A stretch of 64,000 nt of DNA from Candidatus Aldehydirespirator sp. Lineage in GTDB: Bacteria; Actinomycetota; Acidimicrobiia; Acidimicrobiales; Aldehydirespiratoraceae. Under the pieces are notes generated by a model that was given only the letters and a program-made list of their open reading frames with translations, had not been told where the DNA came from and made no database searches. Position numbers and translations under genes: made by a program. The stretch spans positions 2,290,583 to 2,354,582 of the forward strand of contig OZ241903.1 of assembly GCA_965203635.1 (NCBI GenBank). The letters run 5' to 3'. Positions 1-11,490 of this stretch are shown in pieces. Positions within the stretch are counted from its first letter, which is position 1; every line of letters starts with the position of its first letter.

Positions 1-507
1 AGGATCTCGGCCCGGTCCTTCTTCCAGAACCGGCCCGCGGGGGCGGAGGCCCTCATCGACGAGGTGGCCGAGATGGTGGAGGAGCTGGCTACCGACGGCC
101 CCCTGGTGGACGCCTACGCCGGTGTCGGGCTGTTCGCGGGCACGGCGGGATCCGGCCGCAAGGTCACCGCCATCGAGCGCAGCGTCGACGCCGCGGCCGA
201 CGCCCGGGTCAATCTGGGCGAGGGCGCCAAGGTGCTGAGGATCCCGGTGGAGAAGTGGCGGGCCTCGCCGGCGAGCGTCGTCGTGGCCGACCCGGCCCGT
301 TCCGGGCTCGGCGTGGCGGCCGTGCGCCCGCTGCTGTCATGCAAGCCCCGCCTGGTGGTGCTGGCGAGCTGCGACCCGTCGTCGTTCGCCAAGGACGCCG
401 GCCGTCTCATCGAATGCGGCTACACCCTGGACCGCTGGACGGTGGTCGACCTGTTCCCCCTCACGTCCCACATAGAGACGGTGGCGGCCTTCATCGCGAC
501 GGCATAG
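1..507 (+). CDS. class I SAM-dependent RNA (uracil-5) methyltransferase, TrmA/RlmD (RumA) family; 5' end cut by window edge
   Basis: Frame 1 is open from base 1 (..SFFQNRPAGAEALIDEV..). SAM-binding YAGVGLFAG, then ADPARSGLG and the nucleophile motif LASCDPSS, then C-terminal DLFPLTSHIETVA. Confidence 0.8.
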   Translation, partial: RISARSFFQNRPAGAEALIDEVAEMVEELATDGPLVDAYAGVGLFAGTAGSGRKVTAIERSVDAAADARVNLGEGAKVLRIPVEKWRASPASVVVADPARSGLGVAAVRPLLSCKPRLVVLASCDPSSFAKDAGRLIECGYTLDRWTVVDLFPLTSHIETVAAFIATA

Positions 508-537
508 CCCGACCCGGCGCGGCCGGCGGCCGGCCGT

Positions 538-633
538 GTCTCCCGCTCTTGTTCGCTGCGCTCACGGGCCGCTCGGGCCACGGCCTCGCCCGTATGGCGC
601 CGGATGCGCTCGCCGACCCGCTCGGCCTCTCAG
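538..633 (+). repeat. MIRU-like dispersed intergenic repeat, copy 1 (long form)
   Basis: Core TCCCGCTCTTGTTCGCTGCGCTCACGGGCCGCTCGGGCCACGGCCTCGC, a variable middle, and terminal CCGCTCGGCCTCT. Related copies at 26802, 40771 (reverse), 41617 and 55642. Confidence 0.8.
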
Positions 634-1532
634 TAGTGCCAACCGAATGGTGACCAGTCCGGGGCACGCTTGTGCAGGAAGGCGTCGCGGCCCTCGGCGG
701 CCTCGTCGGTCATGTAGGCCAGCCGGGTGGCCTCGCCCGCGAACACCTGCTGGCCGATCAGCCCGTCGTCGACCAGGTTCAGGGCGAACTTCACCATCCG
801 CTGCGCCGTCGGGCTCTTGGCGTTGACCTCTCGCGCCCACTCCAGGGCGACGGTCTCCAGCTCGCCGTGGGGGACCACCTTGTTGACCATCCCCATCTCG
901 AAGGCCTCCTGGGCCGAGTAGGTGCGACCCAGGAAGAAGATCTCGCGGGCCCGCTTCTGGCCGATGAGCCTGGCCAGGTAGGCCGAGCCGAACCCGCCGT
1001 CGAAGCTGGCCACATCGGTGTCGGTCTGCTTGAACAGACCGTGCTCGGCGCTGGCCACGGTCAGGTCGGCCACCGCGTGGAGGCTGTGGCCCCCGCCCAC
1101 CGCCCAGCCGGGCACCACCGCGATCACCACCTTGGGCATCATGCGGACCAGGCGCTGCACCTCCAGGATGTGCAGCCGCCCCGAGCGCCCGGCGTCGATG
1201 GTGTCGCCGGTCTCCCCGGAGGCGTACCGGTAGCCGTCACGGCCCCGGATGCGCTGGTCCCCGCCCGAGCAGAAGGCCCAGCCCCCGTCGCGGGGCGAGG
1301 GCCCGTTGCCGGTGAGCAGCACGCAGCCCACGTCGCCGGTCATGCGGGCATGGTCGAGGCAGCGGTACAGCTCGTCCACGGTGTGGGGGCGGAAGGCGTT
1401 GCGCACCTCGGGCCGGTCGAAGGCGACTCGCACCGTTCCCTGGTCCACCGCTCGGTGGTAGGTGACGTCGGTGAGGTCCTCGAAGCCGTCGACAGCCTTC
1501 CAGGCCTCGGGGTCGAAGAGTTCTGAGACCAC
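630..1532 (-). CDS. menB: 1,4-dihydroxy-2-naphthoyl-CoA synthase
   Basis: 300-aa crotonase-fold protein with FCSGGDQRIRG..GYRY, VPGWAVGGGHSLH and the C-terminal WSPFGWHY typical of MenB. Confidence 0.93.
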   Translation of the reverse strand: MVSELFDPEAWKAVDGFEDLTDVTYHRAVDQGTVRVAFDRPEVRNAFRPHTVDELYRCLDHARMTGDVGCVLLTGNGPSPRDGGWAFCSGGDQRIRGRDGYRYASGETGDTIDAGRSGRLHILEVQRLVRMMPKVVIAVVPGWAVGGGHSLHAVADLTVASAEHGLFKQTDTDVASFDGGFGSAYLARLIGQKRAREIFFLGRTYSAQEAFEMGMVNKVVPHGELETVALEWAREVNAKSPTAQRMVKFALNLVDDGLIGQQVFAGEATRLAYMTDEAAEGRDAFLHKRAPDWSPFGWHY

Positions 1533-1551
1533 GACCGCACACTACAGTGAG

Positions 1552-1656
1552 CCGCCGTTGGCGGTTACGCCAGGCCGGCGCACGGTCTGCGGTGAGCCGC
1601 CGTTGGCGGTTACGCCAGGCCGGCGCACGGTCTACAGTCAGCCGCCGAGAAGACGA
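1552..1656. repeat. 45-bp tandem repeat, about 2.3 copies, in the divergent menB / PfkB-kinase intergenic region
   Basis: GTGAGCCGCCGTTGGCGGTTACGCCAGGCCGGCGCACGGTCT occurs at 1557-1598 and 1602-1643, with a third partial start ACAGTCAGCCGCC. Each unit contains the short hairpin GCCGCC-GTT-GGCGG. Confidence 0.85.
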
Positions 1657-2522
1657 TGCTGTTGACGATCGGGGACTTGGTCGAGGAGCTCGTGGTCGAG
1701 CTTCCCGACGGGATGCGTCGGGGCCATGTCGCGGAGGTCCGAACGCTGAGGGTCAGGGGCGGCTCGGCGGCCAACGTCGCGGCCATCACCTGCGAGCGGG
1801 GCGGGTCGGCCCGCTTCGTGGGCCAGGTCGGCGCCGACGCCCTGGGCGGCTCGCTGGTCGCCGACATGCGCCAGCGGGGTGTGGACGTCCACGTGATCGA
1901 CCACGGCGTGACCGGTGTGACTGTCAACCTGCTGCAACAGGGTTACCGCACCACTCTGGTGTACCGGGGCGCCTCGTCCCGGCTGGCGACTGCCGATCCG
2001 GAGGTGCTCGTGGGCGCGGTGCAGCTGTTCGTGCCGGCCAGGTCGCTCATGGCCGACCCCCTGGCCACTGTGGTGGAGGGACTGATCGCTGGAGCCATGG
2101 AGCGCCGGGTGCCGATAACTCTCACCGGGCTGTCCGCCGACGAGGTCGTGCACTTCGGTGCGACCGCCTTCGCCGAGCTGGTGACGGCAGTGCAGCCGGA
2201 CACGGTGATCTTCACGGCGCGGGACCATGCCCGCCTGGGTCTGGATCCGGGCCAGCCCATCGAGGGGAGCGGCTGCACGGTCGTCATCGGGCCCGAGCGC
2301 ACCGCGGTGGTGACCGCCGAGGGCATTCACCACCGCGAGCTGTCGCCTCCGGCCACGGTGGTGGATCGCACCGGCGCGACGGACGGGTTCGTGGCCGGCT
2401 ATCTGATGTCGCGGCGGACCGGTGCCGCCCCGGTAGCGGCCGTCGACGCCGCCCACCGGGTGATGTCGCTGGTGATGGCCAGCGTGGGCCCCACCACCCG
2501 CGGCGGTCCCTTCGAGGCCTGA
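1656..2522 (+). CDS. PfkB-family carbohydrate/nucleoside kinase
   Basis: GGSAANVAAI near the N-terminus and DRTGATDGFVAGYL near the C-terminus (PfkB signatures 1 and 2). Confidence 0.8.
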   Translation: MLLTIGDLVEELVVELPDGMRRGHVAEVRTLRVRGGSAANVAAITCERGGSARFVGQVGADALGGSLVADMRQRGVDVHVIDHGVTGVTVNLLQQGYRTTLVYRGASSRLATADPEVLVGAVQLFVPARSLMADPLATVVEGLIAGAMERRVPITLTGLSADEVVHFGATAFAELVTAVQPDTVIFTARDHARLGLDPGQPIEGSGCTVVIGPERTAVVTAEGIHHRELSPPATVVDRTGATDGFVAGYLMSRRTGAAPVAAVDAAHRVMSLVMASVGPTTRGGPFEA

Positions 2523-2530
2523 CCGCTCCA

Positions 2531-2654
2531 GGAATTGGCAGCGGTGGGTGCCGCTTTCGGCCCCGTGGGCTGCCAATTCGGTTGGACTGTTCGAGGCCCT
2601 GGGGAATTGGCAGCGGTGGGTGCCGTTTTGGGCCCCGTGGGCTGCCAATTCGGT
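2531..2654. repeat. two copies (72-bp period) of a hairpin element GAATTGGCAGC-N26-GCTGCCAATTC
   Basis: Copies at 2531-2582 and 2603-2654, nearly identical, each with an 11-bp perfect inverted repeat. Located just after the PfkB stop and before the ADH start. Confidence 0.85.
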
Positions 2655-2677
2655 CGGGGGCTAGGGTTGTGCCTCGC

Positions 2678-3784
2678 ATGAGAGCCGCTTTGCTGACGGA
2701 GCCCGGATCGCTACTCGAGATGGTCGACGATGTCGAGCTGGCCGGGCCCCGATCGGGCGAGGTGTGCGTGGCGATCAGCCACAGCGGCGTCTGCCACAGC
2801 GATCTGACCATCGTCGAGGGGGGATTCCTGTTCCCGGCGGTGCTGGGCCACGAGGCGGCCGGAGTGGTGGCCGCGGTCGGCGCCGGCGTGAGCCACGTCG
2901 CCGAGGGCGACAAGGTGATGCTCACACCGCTGGCGCCGTGCGGGCACTGCGAGGGCTGTGCCCGCCAGCAGGCCAGCCGCTGCCCCCAGGCGATGAGCTT
3001 CGTGGCCGGCACCCGACCTGACGCCACGTCGCCGCTGTCCCGCGGGGGCCGGCTCGTGCACCGGGGTCTGGGCGTGGGCGCTTTCGCGGAGCAAACCGTG
3101 GTCCCGGCCTCGGGCGTGGTCCGCCTGGCCGACGACATCCCCCTCGAAGTGGCCTGCCTGATCGGCTGCGCGGTGCAGACCGGGGTCGGTGCGGTGCTCA
3201 ACACGGCCAAGGTGGAGCGGGGATCCACCGTCGTGGTGACCGGACTCGGCGGGGTCGGCATCTCCGCGGTCCAGGGAGCCCGAATCGCCGGCGCGGCCCG
3301 CATCGTGGCGTCCGACCCGGTGGAGTCCCGCCAGCAGGTCGCCCTGCGCCTCGGGGCCACCGACGCGGTGGGCGGCGACGCTGCCGAGCTGCGAGCCGCG
3401 GTGGCCGAAGCCACCGGGGGCCGGGGCGCGGACTACGCCTTCGAGACCGCCGGCGTGGCCGACCTGGTCAGGCTCGGCCTGGAGGTCACTGGCGCCGGAG
3501 GCACCACCGTGGTGGTAGGCGCGCCCCCACCGGAGCACACCGTCGATATCGGCTCGGTGACCGTCTTCATGATCCAGCAGAAGCGCCTGGTGGGCAGCCT
3601 TCTCGGCGATTGCTGGCCAACCCGCGACATCCCCCGCCTAGTGGGCCTCTGGCAGCGCGGCGACCTAGACCTAGAGTCCATGATCACCCACCGGGTGCCC
3701 CTCGACGGAGTGAACGAGGGCTTCGACCGCCTCCGCTCAGCCGAAGGAGTCCGAACGGTCGTAGAAGTAGCCCAAGAGTCGTAG
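2678..3784 (+). CDS. zinc-dependent alcohol dehydrogenase (MDR superfamily)
   Basis: ATG at 2678 is in frame with the 745-aa track ORF. GVCHSDL, GHEAAGVV and CGHCEGC Zn ligands, plus the GLGGVG Rossmann motif. The upstream part of the track ORF reads through repeats and is not coding. Confidence 0.88.
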   Translation: MRAALLTEPGSLLEMVDDVELAGPRSGEVCVAISHSGVCHSDLTIVEGGFLFPAVLGHEAAGVVAAVGAGVSHVAEGDKVMLTPLAPCGHCEGCARQQASRCPQAMSFVAGTRPDATSPLSRGGRLVHRGLGVGAFAEQTVVPASGVVRLADDIPLEVACLIGCAVQTGVGAVLNTAKVERGSTVVVTGLGGVGISAVQGARIAGAARIVASDPVESRQQVALRLGATDAVGGDAAELRAAVAEATGGRGADYAFETAGVADLVRLGLEVTGAGGTTVVVGAPPPEHTVDIGSVTVFMIQQKRLVGSLLGDCWPTRDIPRLVGLWQRGDLDLESMITHRVPLDGVNEGFDRLRSAEGVRTVVEVAQES

Positions 3785-3838
3785 AGGGGCGCCGACAGCC
3801 GCGACCGGCTAGGCCGGGGGGTGGCGGCGGGTCCGGGC

Positions 3839-3868
3839 GGCCGACAATGGGGCGAAGCCCCGTCGGCC
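3839..3868. terminator. GC-rich hairpin between convergent ADH and hppA (possible bidirectional terminator, no U-tract)
   Basis: GGCCGAC-AA-TGGGGCGAAGCCCCG-TCGGCC: outer 7-bp stem plus inner GGGGC/GCCCC stem. Confidence 0.4.
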
Positions 3869-3914
3869 GGACGGAGCCCGACGACAGGACCCGCCGGCCG
3901 GGACGGCAGTGCCG

Positions 3915-6023
<2,109 letters not shown>

Positions 6024-6075
6024 GACACTGCTCCCTTTGATGAGTCCTAGAACCCGGCGAGCCTACTCTTGAGGG

Positions 6076-6666
6076 ATGAGATCGGTGTCGGATGCCAAAG
6101 CCCGTCTCCGGGCCGAGATGAGGTCCCGCCGCGCCGGGTTGAGCCCGGCGGCCGTGGCCGAGGCCGGAGCAGCCGTGGCACGGCGGTTGGAGGCGTTTCC
6201 GGCGATAGCCGAGGCCCGCCGCGTTGCCGCCTACCGGGCGCTGCGGGGCGAGATCCCGCTCGACGGGTTGCTGGACGGCCCGCGCCGGGAGGTGTTCACG
6301 GTTCCCCGCGTCGTGGGCGACGACCTGGAGTTCGTGGCCTGGTGCGAGGGGCAGTCGTTAGCGCCGGGGTCCTTCGGCATTCCCGAGCCGGCGGACGGCG
6401 AGGTGGTGGCCCTTGCCGACCACGATGCGGTGCTGGTGCCCCTGACCGCCTTCGACGGGCGCTGCCGCCGGCTGGGGCAGGGAGGAGGGTTCTATGACCG
6501 GGCCCTGGTGTCGCTGCCGTCCGGTGGGCCCCGGCTCGCGGCCATCGGCGTCGCCTACTCGTTCCAGCAGGTCGCCGACGTTCCTCAGGACCGGTGGGAC
6601 GTGCCTCTCGACGCAGTCGCCACCGACGCCGGCATCGTGATCGCCGACGGCGGACTGTTTGCCTGA
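6076..6666 (+). CDS. 5-formyltetrahydrofolate cyclo-ligase
   Basis: 196 aa. GFGIPEP, then VLVPLTAFDGRCRRLGQGGGFYDR, characteristic of MTHFS. Confidence 0.85.
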   Translation: MRSVSDAKARLRAEMRSRRAGLSPAAVAEAGAAVARRLEAFPAIAEARRVAAYRALRGEIPLDGLLDGPRREVFTVPRVVGDDLEFVAWCEGQSLAPGSFGIPEPADGEVVALADHDAVLVPLTAFDGRCRRLGQGGGFYDRALVSLPSGGPRLAAIGVAYSFQQVADVPQDRWDVPLDAVATDAGIVIADGGLFA

Positions 6667-6702
6667 TCGCGCTGGCCACCTCCGAGGCGCTAGAACATAG
6701 AC

Positions 6703-8055
6703 GTGCATGTCATCGTGGTGGGGGCCGGCGAGGTCGGCTCCTACGTGGCCGCTCGCCTCAGCCATGAGCGCCACAACGTCGCGGTGGTCGACGTCAACGC
6801 CAACCGCCTGCGCCAACTGGGCGCCGATCTCGACGTGCTCACCGTGGAGGGCAGCGGTACCCACCCCAGCGTCCTCTCCGACGCCGGGCTCGACAGCTGC
6901 GATCTGGTGGTGTCGCTCACCAGCAACGACGAGGTGAACCTGGTGACGTCGTTGATCGCCAAGCAGCACGGCGTGGACAACACCATCGTGCGCATCGAGT
7001 CCGAGGAGTTGCGCAGCCGGGCGTCGACGGAGCTGCTCCGGGCGTTCGGGGCCGACCTCGTCATAGATCCCGACCGCCAGACCGCGGAGCGGATCCTGAA
7101 TCTGCTCGACTATCCGGGGGCATCGGAGATCGCGGTGATGGCCCAGGGGGAGGCCATCGTGATCGGTGCCCGGCTCGAGGCCGACGCCCCCATCGTGGGC
7201 CGGCGCCTGTCGGAGATCGCCGCCGAGTACGAGCCCGACTGGGAGTTCATGGTCGGGTCGATCTCCCGCGGCGAGGACACCTACATTCCCCGCGCCGACT
7301 ACATGCTGCTGGAGGACGATCTGGTGCGGGTGGTCTGCAAGCGGCGAGCCCGTCACCGGGTGGCCAAACTCCTCGGCCTGGGAACCGGCGCGGTCCGCCA
7401 CGTGCTGCTGCTCGGCGGGGGTCGCACCGCCGAGATGCTCGCGGCCCGGCTGGTGTCGAGGGGAGTGGAGGTGGTCATCGTCGAGCGCGACGCCGGGCGG
7501 GCCCTGGAGTTGGCCGAGCGCCTGCCCGATGTGCAGGTGTTCGAGGGCGACATAACCGACGCCGACCTGCTGGAGGAGACCAACCTCGGCCGGTTCGACG
7601 CGGTGGCCGCGTTGACCGGCGAGGACGAGTCGAACATCCTGGCCTGCCTCTACGCCAAGTCCGTGGGCGCGTCGGAGACGATCGCGGTGGTGCACAAGCT
7701 GGCCCTGCTCTCGCTGCTGGACTCCGCGGGCGTGGATGTGGCCCTGTCGCCCCGAACCGCCACTGCCGACGGCGTGATGCGCTTCGTGCGCGGCGATGTG
7801 GCCGCGGTGGCCACCTTCCTGGAGTCCGACGCCGAGGTGCTGGAGCTCGAAGTGGAGAAGGGCTGCCCCGCCGATGAGGCCCTCGTGAAGGATCTCAAGC
7901 TGCCCAAGGGTGTGCTCATCGGGGCCATTGTGCGCGACGGCAAGCCGCAGATCGCCCGCGGCCGGAGCCGGCTGCGCGGACGCGACCATGTGGTCGCCTT
8001 CGCCACTCCGGGCTCGGTGAGGGAGGTCCATCGGCTGTTGACGTGCGACGCCTAG
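6703..8055 (+). CDS. trkA: Trk potassium uptake system NAD-binding protein TrkA (two RCK-N/RCK-C repeats)
   Basis: GTG start. VVGAGEVG and LLLGGGRTAE Rossmann motifs in two tandem halves; 450 aa. Confidence 0.92.
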   Translation: MHVIVVGAGEVGSYVAARLSHERHNVAVVDVNANRLRQLGADLDVLTVEGSGTHPSVLSDAGLDSCDLVVSLTSNDEVNLVTSLIAKQHGVDNTIVRIESEELRSRASTELLRAFGADLVIDPDRQTAERILNLLDYPGASEIAVMAQGEAIVIGARLEADAPIVGRRLSEIAAEYEPDWEFMVGSISRGEDTYIPRADYMLLEDDLVRVVCKRRARHRVAKLLGLGTGAVRHVLLLGGGRTAEMLAARLVSRGVEVVIVERDAGRALELAERLPDVQVFEGDITDADLLEETNLGRFDAVAALTGEDESNILACLYAKSVGASETIAVVHKLALLSLLDSAGVDVALSPRTATADGVMRFVRGDVAAVATFLESDAEVLELEVEKGCPADEALVKDLKLPKGVLIGAIVRDGKPQIARGRSRLRGRDHVVAFATPGSVREVHRLLTCDA

Positions 8056-9647
8056 GCAGTGCGGGGGGTCGACCGGCTGGCGGCTTGAGACGCTTGGGCG
8101 GTCTGCGTCGCACCCGTCCCCTGCTCCCCGATCCCAAGGAGCGGACACCGGCTCGGATCGTTTCCTGGGCGTTCGCCTCGATCGTCGATGCGGGCCTCGT
8201 GCTCGGCGTGGCCACCATGGTGTGCGGCCTGGCCGGGATCGGCGACGACAACGCCGACGCAGTGGCGTTCGCCTGCGTAGGGGCGGTGTGCGCAGTCCTC
8301 GCAGCCGTGGCCAGACGGCGGGTCGCGCCGCCGGACCGGCCCGGAACCGGCCGGGTGTTCGCCGGCATCGGCCTCCTCTGGACGGTGCTGGTGCTCTTCG
8401 GCGCGGTCCTCTATGCGGCCACCGGCAGCCTGACCCGCCTCGACGACGCCCTGGTCGAGTCGGCAGCCGGCTTCACCACCACCTCGCTCACCTTCCTGGA
8501 TGCCGCCGAGGCGTCGCGGTCGGTCCTGCTGTTCAGGGCGGCCACCAGTTGGGTGGGGGGTCTGATAGCGGTTTGGATCGGAGTGGTGACCCTCCCGATG
8601 GTGCTGCGGTCCACGGCCCTGATCGGCTACAACACCGGGCGCAGGGGGCAGGACCTCGTGCCCAGCGCCTCCACGGGCCGGCGCCGGGTGCTCATCCTGT
8701 ACTCGGGTTTCACCTCGGCCTGCGTGGTCGCCTACCTGCTGACCGGTCTCGGTGTCACCGAGGCGCTGGTCGTGGGCCTGGGCACCGCCTCCACCGGGGG
8801 CTTCACCGGGCAGGCCGACTCGCTGGCCGGCTACGGGGGTGCAACCCAGGCGGTCGCCGCCGCCGGGATGTTCCTGGCCGGCGCGGGAATCTTCGTGATC
8901 TGGTGGATCGCCCGGGGCCGGCTCCGCCCCCTCTGGCGCTCCCAGGAACTCAGGGCGTTCGTGGTGCTGCTCGCGTTGGCGACCGCCGCGATGGCCCTCC
9001 ACCGGGGCGTCGGCTGGGCCGAGGCCGGCTTCATGGCGGTGTCGGCCATGAGCACCACCGGGTTCGCGGTGGTCGACTGGACGGGGTGGGGGACCGCGAC
9101 CACGGTGATCATGCTGGTCGCGGTCGGGATCGGCTCAATGATGGGCTCGGCGGGCGGCGGCATGCGGGTCATGCGGGTCCAGCTGCTCATGGGCTCGGCG
9201 GGAGGAGAACTGCGCCGCCAGCTCGACCCGTACGCGGTCGTCCTTGTGCGGCGCGACCAGGAGACCCTCTCCCAGCGCACTCTGGACCGCCTGGGCGGCC
9301 ACCAGGTCGCTTACGTGGTCCTGGTGGGGCTCGGGGCCATGCTGCTGGGCGTCTCCGGTGTGTCGCTGCTGGGCAGCGTGTGGGGGTCGGTGAGCGCGGT
9401 GACCACCTTCGGTCCCGCGGTGGGGGAGATCGGCGCCTTCGGCCTGCTCGAAGGCGTGGACCGGGCGGAGCGGCTGGCTCTGGTGCCGCTGATGATGGGC
9501 GGCCGGATGTCGGTACCCCCGGTGCTGGCCGGTGTCGGCCTCGTGCTGAACACCTACAGGACGGTGCAGCGGCGGATCCGCTTCTCGGTCCGGCTGGCGT
9601 CCCGCCGCCGCGACACCCCGGGCCAATCCAGGTCGGACGATGGCTAG
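8043..9647 (+). CDS. trkH: TrkH-family potassium transporter, paralog 1
   Basis: Polytopic. ESAAGFTTTSLT, TASTGGF and MSTTGFAVVDW selectivity-filter-like segments. GTG start overlaps the trkA end; the exact start is uncertain. Confidence 0.8.
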   Translation: MRRLGSAGGRPAGGLRRLGGLRRTRPLLPDPKERTPARIVSWAFASIVDAGLVLGVATMVCGLAGIGDDNADAVAFACVGAVCAVLAAVARRRVAPPDRPGTGRVFAGIGLLWTVLVLFGAVLYAATGSLTRLDDALVESAAGFTTTSLTFLDAAEASRSVLLFRAATSWVGGLIAVWIGVVTLPMVLRSTALIGYNTGRRGQDLVPSASTGRRRVLILYSGFTSACVVAYLLTGLGVTEALVVGLGTASTGGFTGQADSLAGYGGATQAVAAAGMFLAGAGIFVIWWIARGRLRPLWRSQELRAFVVLLALATAAMALHRGVGWAEAGFMAVSAMSTTGFAVVDWTGWGTATTVIMLVAVGIGSMMGSAGGGMRVMRVQLLMGSAGGELRRQLDPYAVVLVRRDQETLSQRTLDRLGGHQVAYVVLVGLGAMLLGVSGVSLLGSVWGSVSAVTTFGPAVGEIGAFGLLEGVDRAERLALVPLMMGGRMSVPPVLAGVGLVLNTYRTVQRRIRFSVRLASRRRDTPGQSRSDDG

Positions 9648-11298
9648 CGACACCGTCGTCGGGGCCGCGCCGTCCGGTCCGAGCCCGCTGAGGAAGCGGT
9701 TCGACTCCACGACCCTGCACATCCTCGGCATCGCGCTGGCCGCGGTGTCGCTCGGGATGCTGGGCTGCACGCTCCTGGAGGCGGTCACCAGCCGGCGGGA
9801 CACGATGGCGCTGGGAGTGTCGGCGCTGCTGGCCGGCACGGCAGGAGGGTTGATGTGGTACGCCACTGTTCCGGGCGCGATCCGCATGCGTCAGGTCTTC
9901 GCCACCGTCTCCTGGACATGGATCCTCACGACCGTGGTGGGAGCCCTTCCCTTCGTTCTGGCCGGGACCTTCGCCGCGCCCGGCGTCGGGTTCGTCGAGC
10001 AGATCGTCAACAGCGTGTTCGAGTCGGCGTCAGGCTTCTCGGCCAGCGGCTCCACCGTCCTGTCGGACTTCGAGTCCCCGGGCCGCGGTCTGATGATGTA
10101 CCGCCAGCTCACCCATTGGTACGGGGGCATGGGCGTCGTGGTGCTGGCGGTGGCGGTCCTGCCGTTCCTCGGTGTCGGCGGCCTGGAACTCATCACCGCG
10201 GAGTTGCCGGGCACGTCCTCGGACCGTCTCGCCCCGAGGGTGAGCGAGACGGCCCGGAGGCTCTGGCTGGTCTACATCGGCTTCACGGCCTGCGCCGCGA
10301 TGGCGTTCTACGCGGCAGACGGCTTCTCCTCCCTCTACGACGCGGTGGCCCACGCGTTCACGGTCGCGGCCACCGGAGGCTTCTCGGTGCACGCCGACTC
10401 GATCGGCCACTACGACAGCGTGGCGGTGGAGACCGTCGCGATCGCGTTCATGATCCTGGGCGGCACCAGCTTCTCGCTGCACTGGCGCCTGGTCGCCACC
10501 CGCACCCTGCCCTACCACCGCAACAGCGAGTTCCGGACGTACCTGACCATGCTCGGTGCCTGCTCGGCCGTCATCGTGATCATCATCTGGCTCGAGAACG
10601 GACTGCCCCTGGGGTCGTCGATCCGGGCCGCGGTGTTCACCGTGGTGTCGCTGGGGACCAGCACCGGGCTGTCCAATGCGACCGGACCCGGCTCGCCCGC
10701 CGACTACGTCGCCTGGGTGGCCGGGGCGCAGCTGGTCCTGCTGTTCCTGATGGTGGTGGGCGGTTGCACGGGCTCGACATCGGGCGGCATCAAGGTGATG
10801 CGCATGAGGGTGCTGGGCCTGATGATGCTCCGATCGATCCAGCACACCCAGACGCCCCGGGCCATCATCCCGATCCGGCTCGGCACCGACAGCGTCCGCG
10901 AGACCGTCGTGTCGCGAGCGGCCGGGTTCTTCCTGCTGCACTTCCTGCTGATGATGGCCGGGCTGCTGGCCCTGACCTCGCTCGGCGGGGAACTGGAGAC
11001 CTCCCTGGGCGCGGTCGTGTCGACGCTGGGGAACATGGGACCGGCACTGGGTGAGGCCGGTCCGACCTCCAACTACGCGGTCGCCTTCACCCAGCCGGCG
11101 CGGCTGGTGCTGGCCCTGCTCATGGTGATCGGCCGGCTGGAGATCTTCCCGATCCTGCTGACGGGCGTGGGCCTCGTTGCCGGCGCCTACCGGGGCTCGG
11201 TGCGGCAGGGCCGTCACTCCGTCCGTTGGACGGCGCACCGTCTGGAGGCCATCGCCGAGTCCAGATCCGACGACGTATCCGACGATGTAGACGAATAG
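9640..11298 (+). CDS. trkH: TrkH-family potassium transporter, paralog 2
   Basis: FESASGFSASGSTVL, VAATGGFSVH, GTSTGLS and GCTGSTSGGIKVMR. Overlaps paralog 1 by 8 nt. Confidence 0.88.
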   Translation: MASDTVVGAAPSGPSPLRKRFDSTTLHILGIALAAVSLGMLGCTLLEAVTSRRDTMALGVSALLAGTAGGLMWYATVPGAIRMRQVFATVSWTWILTTVVGALPFVLAGTFAAPGVGFVEQIVNSVFESASGFSASGSTVLSDFESPGRGLMMYRQLTHWYGGMGVVVLAVAVLPFLGVGGLELITAELPGTSSDRLAPRVSETARRLWLVYIGFTACAAMAFYAADGFSSLYDAVAHAFTVAATGGFSVHADSIGHYDSVAVETVAIAFMILGGTSFSLHWRLVATRTLPYHRNSEFRTYLTMLGACSAVIVIIIWLENGLPLGSSIRAAVFTVVSLGTSTGLSNATGPGSPADYVAWVAGAQLVLLFLMVVGGCTGSTSGGIKVMRMRVLGLMMLRSIQHTQTPRAIIPIRLGTDSVRETVVSRAAGFFLLHFLLMMAGLLALTSLGGELETSLGAVVSTLGNMGPALGEAGPTSNYAVAFTQPARLVLALLMVIGRLEIFPILLTGVGLVAGAYRGSVRQGRHSVRWTAHRLEAIAESRSDDVSDDVDE

Positions 11299-11490
11299 GT
11301 CTTCCGCTGAGCGGGGGCCTCCTCCGGACTTGACGATCGGGGGGAACCGTCCGGTAGGTTGTCTGGACGCGTTTCGAGCGGTGAGCGGCCAATGACGTCT
11401 GGCGCCGCCCGCGCAAGTCGCGGTTCGGGCACAACCAGTTCTGCCTGAGAAGCGCCGCCAACGACGATCCAGCCTCCCGCGAGGAGAACG

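Noticed and set aside
1552-2654. Possible CRISPR arrays, from the tandem repeats here and at 20207-20680
   Set aside because: There are only two copies, with either no spacer or identical spacers, and no cas genes. The 20-kb repeats are in-frame coding repeats.
1547-2677. N-terminal 377 aa of the 745-aa track ORF upstream of the ADH
   Set aside because: This part reads through the tandem repeats and is out of frame over the PfkB kinase. ADH homology begins only at the ATG at 2678.
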